A stretch of DNA of 64,000 nt from Candidatus Latescibacterota bacterium (GCA_965205655.1 CBDBIJ010000022.1:1-64000); one strand, 5' to 3'. Counted from the stretch's first letter, positions 51,867 through 62,320 are shown. The notes: a model not told the origin generated them from the sequence alone. Numbers and translations are program-made.

Positions 51867-51959
51867 GCCTCGACACCGCTCTAACCTTTGATATACACTA
51901 TTGAGATCACTCCTGATTCCACTGCTCGTCTAATTGGATACGCTTACGAACTTCGCCTA
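51867..51959 (+). repeat. Imperfect direct repeat, copy 1 (promoter-like region plus the first codons of the GGCT gene)
   Basis: GCCTCGACACCGCTCTAACCTTTGATATACACTAT...GAGATCACTCCTGATTCCA...TTGGATACGCTTACGAACTTCGCCTA; matches 58801-58903. Confidence 0.9.
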
Positions 51960-52070
51960 GGCGGTGGTTCAATCGTGAAGGCCATATTCTCATTTCCGGA
52001 TGGTCGTCGTTTTCACTTTAACGACCCGAATGGCAATGAGTACGCAGTCTCGTCCGATATAGATGTATGA
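51960..52070 (+). pseudogene. Second VOC/glyoxalase C-terminal remnant
   Basis: GGSIVKAIFSFPDGRRFHFNDPNGNEYAVSSD. Confidence 0.7.
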
Positions 52071-52106
52071 TGACCGCCGAAGGAGATGTATTGCAGGTCC
52101 GCCGGA

Positions 52107-52733
52107 CTAGCGGTCGTCCGTCGGTGAGGTCTGTGCGGTCCCTTGCTCCGGGAGCCCAACCAGAACCATTGCGGAGTCTACCATCTCGTCCGCATCGACG
52201 GTATCGCGCAGCACTTTGGAGGTGCCGAGCAGGCCGGCGCTGAGAACGAAGAGCGACTTCGCGAGTTGGTCTGCAGTGAGGTCGCTGCGGATCTGACCGG
52301 TTCGTTGGCCTTGCTCGATGGTCTCGATCAGCAGACTGGACGCGCGGGCGTGATGGCGCCTGAGCAGGGCGGAGACCTTTGCGTCGTGGGCACCGAGCTC
52401 GACGACGGCGTTCATCGCCATGCAGCCCCGCTGAACCGGCTGATCGCAGCACAACGCCGCGGCGCCTTGCAGCCAGGCGCGCAGACCATCGACCGGGGAT
52501 GTTGCCTCGGACAGAATGCCGTGCATCCTCTGATAGGCGCGGTCGAGGTAGCGAGTCAGCGATTTCATGAACAGATCGTGCTTGTCCTCGAAAGCTTTGT
52601 AGATGCTGCCCTTGTGCAGCCCGGTGGCCTCCATGAGGTCGGTCATGGAGGTCGACTCGTAGCCCTTCGTCCAGAACGTGCCCATAGCGGCGTCCAGGGC
52701 TTCATCCATGTCGAATTCGCGTGGTCTTGCCAT
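52107..52733 (-). CDS. TetR/AcrR family regulator (ComR/NemR-like)
   Basis: MARPREFD...FWTKGYESTS...GSIYKAFEDK; RGCMAMN. Confidence 0.93.
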   Translation of the reverse strand: MARPREFDMDEALDAAMGTFWTKGYESTSMTDLMEATGLHKGSIYKAFEDKHDLFMKSLTRYLDRAYQRMHGILSEATSPVDGLRAWLQGAAALCCDQPVQRGCMAMNAVVELGAHDAKVSALLRRHHARASSLLIETIEQGQRTGQIRSDLTADQLAKSLFVLSAGLLGTSKVLRDTVDADEMVDSAMVLVGLPEQGTAQTSPTDDR

Positions 52734-53021
52734 GAGAACTCCTCTTACAATGTACTCATTCGGGCGCTCAAAAGAACTGGACGTACTCCACCTGCAGATA
52801 GTCATCACGCCTCACCGCAGACAGCGGATCGCCCGCGTCGACGTTGCTGAAGAAGCGCGCTTCGAGGCGGACCTCGCCGGAGCTCCGCCAGCGGCGGTTC
52901 GCCTCCAAAGAAGCAAAGCGCGACCCATTGTCGAGGTCGATCGCAGTGAATGCGAGCACATCCGTGTCCTGCGCATCGTTGAAGGTGAGGCGTCCGCCCA
53001 CAGCGATGTCGTTGTCGGAAG

Positions 53022-54449
53022 CGCTTTGTCCCGATCTTAGTTGAAACAGCACAGGCTCCAATCGTTACGTTTTGATACGAGAAGCCCGTTGGAAGAAGTC
53101 TCGCATCGGTAACAAAAGGAGCCTGCAATGAGCAAGCTGGTAGCACGGAAGAAGGGCGTCAAACGAACGGTGAGCATCGGCAAGGTAGCACCCGAGACTG
53201 CAGAGCAAGTAGAGGACCTGGATGGCCGGATCGAGGCGATCCAATGGCTGATTCCCTTGGGGCTGCAGGCGGTCGCGGAGGAGCTGCAAAGAGCGGTCGT
53301 TGAGTTGGCTGGGTCGCGGTATCAGCGCAAGGGGTCGGATCAGCCGTTACGCCGCTGGGGGTCTCAGCTCGGGTCGGTGTACCTGGCCGACCAGAAACTA
53401 CCCGTCGATGTGCCGCGGGTGCGCAACGTGGCCAACCATACCGAGGTCCCGCTGGATGTTTACCAGGCACTGCAGACGCCTCGACAGATGGACGAAGGTC
53501 TGCTGTTGCGGATGCTGAAGGGCATCGCCACGCGCAACTACGAGGCCTGCGCTGAGGCCGTACCCGAGGCCTTTGGTCTGTCATCCTCATCGGTGTCCTG
53601 TCGTTACGTGAAAGGCACGGCTCGAAAGCTGGCTGAATTCCAGGAGCGATCCCTGGAAGGATATGATCTGGTGGCGCTATTCCTCGACGGCAAGAGCTTC
53701 GCGGACGAGGAGATCATCATCGCCCTGGGCGTCACCCTCGACGGACAGAAGATTCCTCTTGGCTTCGTGCAGGCGGCCACGGAAAACGAGCGCGTCTGCC
53801 GTCGCTTCCTGTCCGATCTGGTCGAACGCGGTATGCAGTACGAAGCCGGACTGTTGGTCGTCATCGACGGCGCCAAGGGGCTTTACAAGGCGGTGATGTC
53901 GGTGCTCAAAGGACATGCCTGCGTGCAGCGCTGCCAGTATCACAAGCGCCAGAACGTCGTGTCGTATCTGTCCAAAAGCGAGCAGTCCGGTATGGGTCGC
54001 AAGATGGAGGCGGCCTACGGCAAACCGAGATACGAGGCGGCCAAGGCGGCACTGGACGCGCTCAAACCGGGCTTGAAGTTGATGAATCAGTCCGCCCTAC
54101 ACAGCCTCGAGGAAGGCATGGAAGAGACCCTCACACTCCATCGGTTGGGACTGACGCCGATGCTCAAGGATTCCTTCCGCACCACCAACTGCATCGAGAA
54201 CGTCAACAGTCTCCTGGAGCAGCTCACACACAACGTGCGACGCTGGACCAACTCATCACAGCGTCACCGTTGGGTAGCCACGGCACTGCTCGACATCGAA
54301 CCACGTCTGCGCAGGGTCAAGGGCTATCGCCATCTGCCGATGCTCCGGCAAGCCATACAAGCCGAACTCGGCATCAAACAGCTCGCGGTGATGGGCTGAC
54401 ACACTCACCCGAGCCTGTGATTTGTTTCAACTGAAACTGGGCCTTGACC
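53022..54449 (+). mobile_element. IS256-family insertion sequence
   Basis: Imperfect inverted repeats sharing AGTTGAAACA...CACAGGCTC; flanking direct repeat GTCGGAAG(CG) at 53014 and 54450. Confidence 0.92.
53128..54399 (+). CDS. IS256/Mutator-family transposase (intact)
   Basis: VPRVR, LFLDG, VIDGAKG, QRCQYHK, RTTNCIE. Confidence 0.93.
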   Translation: MSKLVARKKGVKRTVSIGKVAPETAEQVEDLDGRIEAIQWLIPLGLQAVAEELQRAVVELAGSRYQRKGSDQPLRRWGSQLGSVYLADQKLPVDVPRVRNVANHTEVPLDVYQALQTPRQMDEGLLLRMLKGIATRNYEACAEAVPEAFGLSSSSVSCRYVKGTARKLAEFQERSLEGYDLVALFLDGKSFADEEIIIALGVTLDGQKIPLGFVQAATENERVCRRFLSDLVERGMQYEAGLLVVIDGAKGLYKAVMSVLKGHACVQRCQYHKRQNVVSYLSKSEQSGMGRKMEAAYGKPRYEAAKAALDALKPGLKLMNQSALHSLEEGMEETLTLHRLGLTPMLKDSFRTTNCIENVNSLLEQLTHNVRRWTNSSQRHRWVATALLDIEPRLRRVKGYRHLPMLRQAIQAELGIKQLAVMG

Positions 54450-55412
54450 GTCGGAAGCGGGTGTCATCGGGGCGTCGCGGTCGTCGTACTGAACCTCGGC
54501 GACGATACCCAGATCTGCGGCCGTGGAAAGAATGCCGACGAGGGTGTACTCGGCGCCGGCGACAGCAGCGCTGGAGCGTCCGTCGATGCCATCGCGATGC
54601 ACAGCTTCCAGCTTGGCGAGCCAGTCGCCGCGGGTCAGCTGCAGATCCAGACTCGTCTGGTGTAGCAGATCGTAGTGCGGGATCAGCCTCGGTTCCGCGG
54701 CACCGTCGTTGGCTGCCAGGCGCGGTTCCCGCGACGTGCCGTAGAAGTGACCGATGCCGATGTCGTAGTCGCCGATGATATGACTCCAGCGCGCGGCTGC
54801 GTCCGGGTGCCAGCGCTCGAGGTCGGACCCGTACCGGGAGCCGGCGATGGGAACTGGAGGACGCAGACGACCGTCGCGGCCTGCGAACGTGCGTTCGCGA
54901 AACCCTGACATGACGAAGAGATCGAGTGTGCCCCAATCGCGCAGCAGAGTCAGCTGCAGCATGGGCTGGCCGAGCTTGTCCTCCGTATCGGAGTTTTCCA
55001 CGAGGTCGGTCTGGTTCACGACATCGACGAGATGGACGGATTCGGCAACCCCCCAGAAAACCTTGCGCACGCCGACATAGAGATCGGCGCTGTCGAAGGA
55101 GCGGCGCCAGTAGAGCTCGCGCAGGTCGACGTGGGTGCGGTCCTCGTCCTCTAGGTCCCAGCGCCCAAAGGGGACGACGACAAACGTTCGGCCCCGTCAG
55201 CCCAATCGTGGTAAAACTCGGGCTCGACAGCGACGGAAAGTCCGGCGTCCTGCTGGGGCACGTCGAGGGCGTCGTTGGGAAAGAGCCGGCTTTCGAAGGC
55301 GACCTCTCCAAAGAGTTCGGCCGCAGGCGCCGCTCGACTGGCGATGATCACGACGACGAAGACGAGTGCTACGAAAGATGTGCGCACCGACATGTCACCC
55401 TGCCCTCGCCCG

Positions 55413-56283
55413 TCAACGCGCGCGGGCCAGGCTGTTGCGGTTGAAGTCCTTGTCGTCAAAGCCATTGGCGAAAACGAACTCCTCCCAGTTGAGATCCGTC
55501 TCCTTGCCGGTCTTGTGATTCACCATCATCCAGCGGCTGGCACGCCAGTACTGATCCAGGTACTGGTTGTAGTCGGCGACGGTGAGCGTCTTCATCAGCG
55601 ACCCGCGCCGATCGTAGAACTCGACCTTCCAAACGCGGTATTCATTGGTATCGAGCCAGGCCACCTGGCGGGAGTATCCGGACTTCGGGTCCACCGGGTC
55701 GCGCTCGACGACAAAGTGGTTGCGGTCTTCGAAGGCCTCTTCGCCGATGTAGCGGTAGGTGTACTTCTCTACCTCCTGCGAAGAGATATCCTCGTAGGCG
55801 AACTCGCTGCCCATGAAGGGGCCGGACTTGTTGTTGGAGGCGATGCGCTTCACCCGCTTGAGCGCCGGCAGATAGAGCCACTGGTCGTCGGACCCTGTCT
55901 TGTGGGTGAAGGAGAGAAAGGCCGTGCCCTTCACGTCGCCGGGATTCTCGAAAATAAATGAGGGACCTGTCGCCGTCGTCGGCCTGCTCGAGGGTGCGCA
56001 CCCGCATGCGGCGTTCGGAGGTCTCCCCGTGCTTGTTGCGCAGGATCATGGTAATGCTCGCCTTGAGGTCGCCGAAGCCGGTGTCGCGACGATCGGCTTC
56101 CACAGCGATCTCGAGACCGCGGGCAGCGGCCTCTTCCGCCCCTTCCTGAGCGGTGAGCGCGACAGGATCGAGTGCGGCAGTCACGATCAAGGCGAGGCCG
56201 GAAGCGCGCAGGACTCCCGCCGAAGCGAGGAGTGCGGGAATTCGAGCGCAATTCATGCGAACTAGGTCATACAGGTTCATCAT
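55413..56283 (-). CDS. Outer-membrane lipoprotein-sorting (LolA-like) protein (frameshift near 55955)
   Basis: DTGFGD, KGTAFLSF, DDQWLYLPALKRVKRI, FMGSEFAYED. RBS AAGGAG. Confidence 0.88.
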
Positions 56284-56302
56284 GCTCTCCTTGGTTTTTT
56301 GA

Positions 56303-58666
56303 TTAACTGGCCGGGGCGACATCGGGCGCTCCGGCGAGTGGTGACGCTTCCCTTCCGGTTGACTTCTTGCTATCGAGTTTGATGAGCAGCGCCGGCAGCA
56401 GCAGAAAGTCGGCGACAAGCGCCATGCCTATGGCGATGGCAGTGAGCAGAGCCATGAGGGAGTTCAGGGCGAAGTCGGACCTCGCGAGCACACTGAAGCC
56501 GGCAATGAGGATCAGGGAGGTGACGACGATCGCCTAACCCACATTGTGAAATGCGTAGCGTACGGCATCGGGCGCGTCCAGGTTCTGCTCTCTGCGGGCG
56601 CGCTTGTACTTCGTGAGGAAGTGGATCGTGTCGTCGACGACGATTCCGAGAGTCATGCCGCTCACCATGGATACGGCCATGTTGACTTCGCCTACGAATA
56701 GACCCCAGGCACCGAAGGCGAGGCCGGCGGGTAGCAGATTCGGCACCAGCGAAATGCCCCCGAGCTTGGAGCTCTTGAGCACACCTACGAGGATTGCCGA
56801 GATCAACACGACAGCGAGGAAGGTGCCCACGAGCATCGAGCGGATGTTGCGATCTGAAATGTAGGCGAACATGATCGCCGGACCGATGCCGGCAGTGGCA
56901 AGCTTCGGCGTGTTGTCGCGCAGCCAGCCTTCGCCGCGCTGGGCGATCTCGCGCAGGCGGCGGGAGTCGAGGTTGTCGAGGGTGGCGACGATCTGGGTGC
57001 TCGACTTGTCGATGTTGAGCTGGTTGTTGAGGTCGAGTCCGTAGGGTAGGGAGAGCTCGTAAAGCAGCAGGTACTGGGCGGCGAGCTCGCGATCCTCCGG
57101 CAGCCGGTAGTAGTCGTTGTCGTCAGCGTGGAGATTTCTGTTCAGGCGCTTGAAGGTATCGGTGATGGTGTTGACGTGGCGAACCTCCGGCTGGGCCCGC
57201 AGCCAGTCGACGAAGCCGCCGACCTGCGCTAGGAAGGCGGGATCGCTGACCCCGTTGCTGGAACCGGAATCCAGGGAGAATTGCAACTGATAGGATCCGG
57301 TGAGACGATCTGTGGTGACGGTCACGTCGGAGCGAAAAGTCGTGGTCTCGTCGAAGTAGGCGACGAAATCGTCGTTGAGATCGTTGGACGGGATAAAGGC
57401 GAGCAGCAGGATGGCAAACGCCGAAAAGCCGACGAGGATGGGGCGGTTGCGCTGCACCACCCAGTCTCCGAGTCGGTCCATGGCCTTGCCGATCAGGGTC
57501 TGACCTTGCCGCGACTTCACCGGGAAAATGGCAATGAAGGCGGGCAGGAAGCCGACGGAATAGAAGAAGGCGACGATCATACCTACTGCGGTGATATTGC
57601 CGAGGTCACCGAATGGCGGCGAGTCGGAGAAGTTCAGCGACAGAAAGCCGATAGCCGTGGTCACACTGGTGAGGAACACCGGCGACATGTTGAGGCGCAG
57701 ACTTTCGACCAGGGCATCGCGACGGCCTACGCCTCTGCGCATGGCGCTGAGCAAACTCACGAGAATGTGGATGGAGTCGGCCACGGCGATGGTCATGATG
57801 ATCGTGGGCGCTGCCGAGGACGGCGGTGTCAGCTCGATGCCTACCCAGCCGGCCAGCCCCATGGCGGTCATCAAGGAAAGAAGGATAACGAGCACCGTGC
57901 CGATGGTGGCGGTGATCGAGCGCAACAGGAGAAAGGCGACGATGACGATGATGAGGTACATAGCCGGCACCATCGTCTCCATGTCCTTCAAGCTCATCTC
58001 CTGAAAGGCGTTGTTGAGCATGACCATACCGGTGAGGTGGACGTCCACGCCGTAGTCCGCCTCGAGTCGGGCGGCGAGCTCGCGGGCGGCGGCCACGGCC
58101 TGGGGCGTCTCGTCCATCGTCTTTTGCGGCATCTGAAAAGTGACGTTGACGCCGGTCGTGTGCCCCTCGTGGGCGACGAGAAAGTCACGCAGAGCCGGCT
58201 CCTTCGTGGCGATCTCGGCGACTTCGCCGAGCCTTTCCGGGGTGAAATCGAGACCCCCTTCCACAAGATCGGCGACGATAAGGTCGTCCTCGGTGGCGGT
58301 GGTGTGCTGGTGGTTGGTGATGGAGTCGACGCGCAGGACGTAGGGCAGCTGCCAGGCTTCGATCGTAAAAAACTCGACGGCGTCGAGGACCTGGGGAGTG
58401 AAGACGGCATCATCCCGGGGAGCGATGGCGAAGAGGATGTTGTCGATCTTCGTGTAGGTGCGTTGGAGCTTCTCGAAGGCGAGCAACTCGGGGTTGTCAT
58501 CGGAGAAGAAGACGCGGTAGTCGTTGTTGAAGGCGAGACGGGCTCCGCCGGAGCCGGCGATGGCGGCGAAGGCGAGGGATCCGACCAGGACGAGCCAGCG
58601 CCAGCGGATGACCCATTCGGCGAAGGCGCCGGCGGAGCCGTTGCCGTTTTTGGGGGAGGTGGACAT
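56303..58666 (-). CDS. MMPL/RND-superfamily transporter (in-frame TAG at 56534-56536)
   Basis: RVDSITN, AVADSIH, TSVTTAIGF, PNLLP, LGIVVDDTIH. Frame continues past the TAG into AIVVTSLILIAGF...DFLLLPALL. Confidence 0.92.
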
Positions 58667-58693
58667 GAGGCGATTCTCCTTTTCTTGCGGTGG

Positions 58694-58713
58694 ATTAGGA
58701 ACCGATCGGTCAA
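58694..58713. promoter_or_regulatory. Putative TetR operator, copy A
   Basis: ATTAGGAACCGATCGGTCAA with palindromic core ACCGATCGGT; identical copy 74 bp away. Confidence 0.8.
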
Positions 58714-58758
58714 CTAATGGGCAAAACGATACCCGGCCTTTTTAGCCGGGTGTCGATG

Positions 58759-58787
58759 AATATAGGAATTAGGAACCGATCGGTCAA
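58759..58787 (-). promoter_or_regulatory. Sigma70-type promoter of the MMPL operon, overlapped by operator copy B (58768-58787)
   Basis: Minus strand TTGACC-gatcggttcctaattcc(17 nt)-TATATT. Confidence 0.8.
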
Positions 58788-58800
58788 GAACCGCGCCTCC

Positions 58801-58903
58801 GCCTCGACACCACTCTAATCCTTGATATACACTATCGATACACTCTACCGAGATCACCCCTGATTCCAGGGCCCGAGTTGGATACGTTCACGAACTTCGC
58901 CTA
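58801..58903 (+). repeat. Imperfect direct repeat, copy 2 (upstream region and start of the GGCT gene)
   Basis: Matches 51867-51959; carries an extra approximately 13-nt local duplication (CGATACACTCTAC). Confidence 0.9.
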
Positions 58904-59831
58904 CGGCTCCAACATGTCGGCAGCGCGATTGCGGCAGCGCGCGCCGTCCGCACGTTTTCGCGACATCGGTCGGCTCGAGGGTCACACGCTTCGTTGGCAC
59001 AAGCGCGGCCGCGACGGCTCCGGGAAATGCGATGCGGAAGCCACCGGGATGGATTTAGACGTAGTCTGGGGAGTCCTGTTCGAGATCGACCGCTCTGAGA
59101 AGCCTCGGCTCGACGAGGCCGAAGGGCTCCATCATGGTTATGACGAGAAGGAAGTTGAGATCGCTACCGTCCAGGGGACGGTCAAGGCCCTGATGTATTG
59201 CGCCACCGACATTGCGCCTGCGCTCAGTCCTTATCACTGGTACAAGGCTTTCGTCGTTGCCGGCGCCAGACAGCACGGCCTACCCGAACCCTATGTCCGC
59301 GACCTCGAGCAGGTGGAGTCTGTCGGCGACCCTGACGCGAACCGTGCAGCCATCAATTCCGAAATCGATCGCGGTGAGCCCTGCACGAACCGCATTGAGT
59401 TGGATGATCCGTTTGATCTGAATCGCTTCACGAGCGCCCAGCACGGTGTCTATGACCGTGCGCTCGCAGAATTGAGAGACGGCCGCAAGCGGACGCACTG
59501 GATGTGGTTCATCTTCCCGCAACTCGATGGATTGGGACACAGCACAACGGCGAAGCATTACTCCATAAAGAGTATCGAGGAAGCTACACAGTATCTGAAT
59601 CATCCGGTCCTTGGACGAAGGCTGCTGGAATGTACCCAGGCAGTTTGTACTATTGTGGGACGATCAGTCTCAGAGATCTTCGGCTACCCGGATGACCTCA
59701 AGTTCAAGTCTTCGATGACACTGTTCTCATGTTTTGCGGATCCAGACTCAATGTTTGACCAGGCCCTCGATAAGTACTTTCATGGAAAGCAGGATGACGT
59801 GACACTCCAGCTACTGGAAAAGAGGAGATGA
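58878..59831 (+). CDS. Gamma-glutamylcyclotransferase-like domain fused to a DUF1810 domain
   Basis: FAYGSNM, VWGVLFEI, LDEAEG; then DPFDLNRF, ELRDGRKRTHWMWFIFPQ, YLNHPVLG, KFKSSMTLF. Confidence 0.85.
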   Translation: MDTFTNFAYGSNMSAARLRQRAPSARFRDIGRLEGHTLRWHKRGRDGSGKCDAEATGMDLDVVWGVLFEIDRSEKPRLDEAEGLHHGYDEKEVEIATVQGTVKALMYCATDIAPALSPYHWYKAFVVAGARQHGLPEPYVRDLEQVESVGDPDANRAAINSEIDRGEPCTNRIELDDPFDLNRFTSAQHGVYDRALAELRDGRKRTHWMWFIFPQLDGLGHSTTAKHYSIKSIEEATQYLNHPVLGRRLLECTQAVCTIVGRSVSEIFGYPDDLKFKSSMTLFSCFADPDSMFDQALDKYFHGKQDDVTLQLLEKRR

Positions 59832-59835
59832 TCCG

Positions 59836-60240
59836 ATGAATGCCACCGCTCGAGCAACAACGAAGGTTCAGCAGACCGTTCCCCTCCTGTTCGTCTCCGA
59901 GATCTCCGAGTCACACGAATTCTATTGCGACGGCCTCGGCTTCGACATGGCGGGAAAGTGGGAGCCCGACGGACAACTCGCCTGGTGCCGGCTCCAGCAC
60001 GGCGGCGCGGCCCTGATGCTGCAGCAGGCCCGCGAGGAAGACCCGCCCGCGGACACGCGAGGCAAAGGGGTGACTTTCTACTTCATCTGCGACGACGCTG
60101 ACGCATTGTATGAGGAAATCACCGGACGCGGTATCAAGGCATCCGAGCCGGCCGACGCCTTCTATGGAATGAGACAAACCTTCATCACCGATCCGGACGG
60201 CTACGAGCTGTGTTTCGAGAGCCCGACGAACGGTGGATAG
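59836..60240 (+). CDS. VOC/glyoxalase family protein
   Basis: FYCDGLGF, AFYGMRQ, DPDGYELCF. Confidence 0.9.
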   Translation: MNATARATTKVQQTVPLLFVSEISESHEFYCDGLGFDMAGKWEPDGQLAWCRLQHGGAALMLQQAREEDPPADTRGKGVTFYFICDDADALYEEITGRGIKASEPADAFYGMRQTFITDPDGYELCFESPTNGG

Positions 60241-60286
60241 CGATTCCCTGGGCTTCTAAACCGCTGCAGCAATCTGAGAGGCCAAA

Positions 60287-60688
60287 ATGAAGCAGGCAAC
60301 CGATGCAACCACCGCCATCACATCCATATCCCCCTTCTTTATCGTCAGCGATTTTTCGTCGGCGACGGCTTTCTACCGCGACATGCTTGGCTTTGAAATC
60401 CGGCTTCAGACCCCCGATGACGAACCCTTCTTCGCGATTCTTGGGCGCGATGGCGTTTCCCTGATGGTGAAAGAGATCGCTCCCGACGTACCTCCGCAGC
60501 CGAATCCAACGCGACACGAATGGGCTCGATGGGACGCCTTCGTTCACACACCCGATCCCGACGCACTGTTTGACGAGTTCGAGAAGCGCGGTCTGACTTT
60601 TCATCAACCTTTGGGGGATACCGACGATGGACTGCGCGGTTTTGAGGTACAGGATGTGGATGGGTACGTACTCTTCTTCGGTCGGTAG
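60287..60688 (+). CDS. VOC/glyoxalase family protein
   Basis: ISPFFIV, FYRDMLGF, GLRGFEVQDVDGYVLFFG. Confidence 0.9.
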   Translation: MKQATDATTAITSISPFFIVSDFSSATAFYRDMLGFEIRLQTPDDEPFFAILGRDGVSLMVKEIAPDVPPQPNPTRHEWARWDAFVHTPDPDALFDEFEKRGLTFHQPLGDTDDGLRGFEVQDVDGYVLFFGR

Positions 60689-60692
60689 CGAA

Positions 60693-61088
60693 TCAACGAC
60701 CCCAGGCGCTGCCGACCGCCACCGACTCGCCGCGCTGGTTCTCGCACCATACTTCCAGCTTCAGCCCGCCTTCCTCTTCAGCGACGACTTTCCCTCTGGC
60801 GCGTAGCTCGTCGTCGGGCGCGACGATGGCGATGAACGCCAGCTCCATCCGCCCGCCCTCCGTCCATGCATCGCCGAAGCTGTCCAGCATCATCTCGGTG
60901 AGGTATCCCATGTACATCGTCGCCGACGCGATCGGGACAGGCAAGCCGCAGCTGCGGGCCGTCTCCTCGTCGGTGTGGATGTTCTTGTTCGGCCAGCCGG
61001 AGAAAGCCCGCATGCGTTCGAGCGTCACCGCTTTGGGACGTCCTTCTATCTCATCTCCGACCGCGAATCGACCATTGTCCTCGCTCAA
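60693..61088 (-). CDS. MaoC-like hot-dog fold dehydratase
   Basis: NIHTDEETARSCGLPVPIA, EVWCENQRGE. Confidence 0.8.
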   Translation of the reverse strand: MSEDNGRFAVGDEIEGRPKAVTLERMRAFSGWPNKNIHTDEETARSCGLPVPIASATMYMGYLTEMMLDSFGDAWTEGGRMELAFIAIVAPDDELRARGKVVAEEEGGLKLEVWCENQRGESVAVGSAWGR

Positions 61089-61101
61089 CGGGAACCTCCT
61101 T

Positions 61102-61551
61102 TTAACCAGACGTCTCGTCTGAGCCCTGCCCCTGCACCCACGTGGAGGTCATTCGGCGAATCAGCACCTCCGCGCCTCCATCCTCGAGGACTCGGCACTC
61201 GAACACGGTATACGGCCGGTCGCGCTTGGTGTAGCGTTCAAGCACCTTCCACAGCACACGAAAAGTCGTCCCGGCCCGCCCCGGTCTCAAGAAGGTCACC
61301 TCGTCCTTGGCGTGCACGTGGCCCATCCCCTGCGGCAGTACGTGAGAAGAGCTGCGCGTGGGGTTGCTCTGATTCAGCAGGATGCTCGGGTGAACCCATG
61401 GATCACCGTTCGTCGACCCTTCGGTGTAGCGCGCGCTCGTGTCCTGGACAGCCTCCAGATACTTGCGGTTCATCTCTTCGCTGACATGGATCTCGTAGGG
61501 CGCGATCTCATCCTCGGGGCCGAACTGGTCGATGGTTTTGGTTTGTGCCAT
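61102..61551 (-). CDS. Hot-dog fold (MaoC N-terminal-like) protein
   Basis: YLEAVQD, VHAKDEVTFLRP, YTKRDRPY. Confidence 0.7.
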   Translation of the reverse strand: MAQTKTIDQFGPEDEIAPYEIHVSEEMNRKYLEAVQDTSARYTEGSTNGDPWVHPSILLNQSNPTRSSSHVLPQGMGHVHAKDEVTFLRPGRAGTTFRVLWKVLERYTKRDRPYTVFECRVLEDGGAEVLIRRMTSTWVQGQGSDETSG

Positions 61552-61552
61552 G

Positions 61553-62305
61553 CTACTTTGCCTTCCACACAGGTTTGCGTCTCTCCTTGAACGCCCGCAG
61601 ACCTTCCTGCGCATCCTCCGTTTTCTCCACGTCTTCGAGGATCTGGCCGGCTAGTTTATAAGCTTCGTCCGCAGGCAGGGAGAGCGTTCGTACCGTCGCC
61701 TCCTTCATAGCCCTGACGGCGAGCGGCGCATTCTCCAGAATCCTGTCGGCCATGGCCTTCGCTTCGGTCATCAGCTGATCGTGGGGTACGACGCGGTTGA
61801 CCAGACCCAGCTCCAAGGCCTCCTCCGCATCGATGAACTCACCGGTTAGAAGAATCTCGAGCGCTTTGTTCAGCGGCACCCGCCTGGCCAGCATCGTCGG
61901 ACCGCTGATCGAAGAGAGGCCTCGCTTGACCTGGGGCCAGCCGAAGCGGCCCTCCTCTTGCGAGACAATGCAGATATCCGACGACAGGGCCAGGGCCGTG
62001 CCCTGCGCCAGGCAAACCCCGTTCACCGCACTGATCAGCGGCTTAAAGGTTTCAGTCTGCAACGTATAGAGTTCGTGGAATGACGGCTTGGCGCCGGCGA
62101 ACGGCTCGTTCAGATCGTGGCCGGCGCAAAACGCTTTGCCCCGCCCGGTGATCAAAGCCGCCCACACATCGTCGTTCTGTTGAATGTCGGTGAAGACGTC
62201 CCACAGCTCAGTGCGCATCTTCGCGTTCACGGCATTCATCATCTCGGGCCGATTCAACGTGATGGAGGCCAGATTGTTCTCGATGCGATATTCGATCGTT
62301 TCCAT
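61553..62305 (-). CDS. Enoyl-CoA hydratase/isomerase (crotonase) family protein
   Basis: ITLNRPE, AFCAGHDL, KPLISAVNG, GLVNRVV, EGLRAFKERRKP. Confidence 0.92.
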   Translation of the reverse strand: METIEYRIENNLASITLNRPEMMNAVNAKMRTELWDVFTDIQQNDDVWAALITGRGKAFCAGHDLNEPFAGAKPSFHELYTLQTETFKPLISAVNGVCLAQGTALALSSDICIVSQEEGRFGWPQVKRGLSSISGPTMLARRVPLNKALEILLTGEFIDAEEALELGLVNRVVPHDQLMTEAKAMADRILENAPLAVRAMKEATVRTLSLPADEAYKLAGQILEDVEKTEDAQEGLRAFKERRKPVWKAK

Positions 62306-62320
62306 GTCACCTCGCTTACT

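Larger units (their letters stand above)
52768..55393 (-). pseudogene. Outer-membrane beta-barrel-like protein interrupted by IS256 (also a shift near 55180)
   Basis: Signal peptide; DLRELYW, VFWGVAES...DVVNQ, EDKLGQP, FRERTF. Removing the IS gives PASD-NDIAVGGR in frame. Terminal YVQFF. Confidence 0.85.

Noticed and set aside
58694..58787. Mini-CRISPR (two identical 20-bp repeats with a spacer)
   Set aside because: Only two short copies, overlapping a promoter, with no cas genes. An operator pair fits better.
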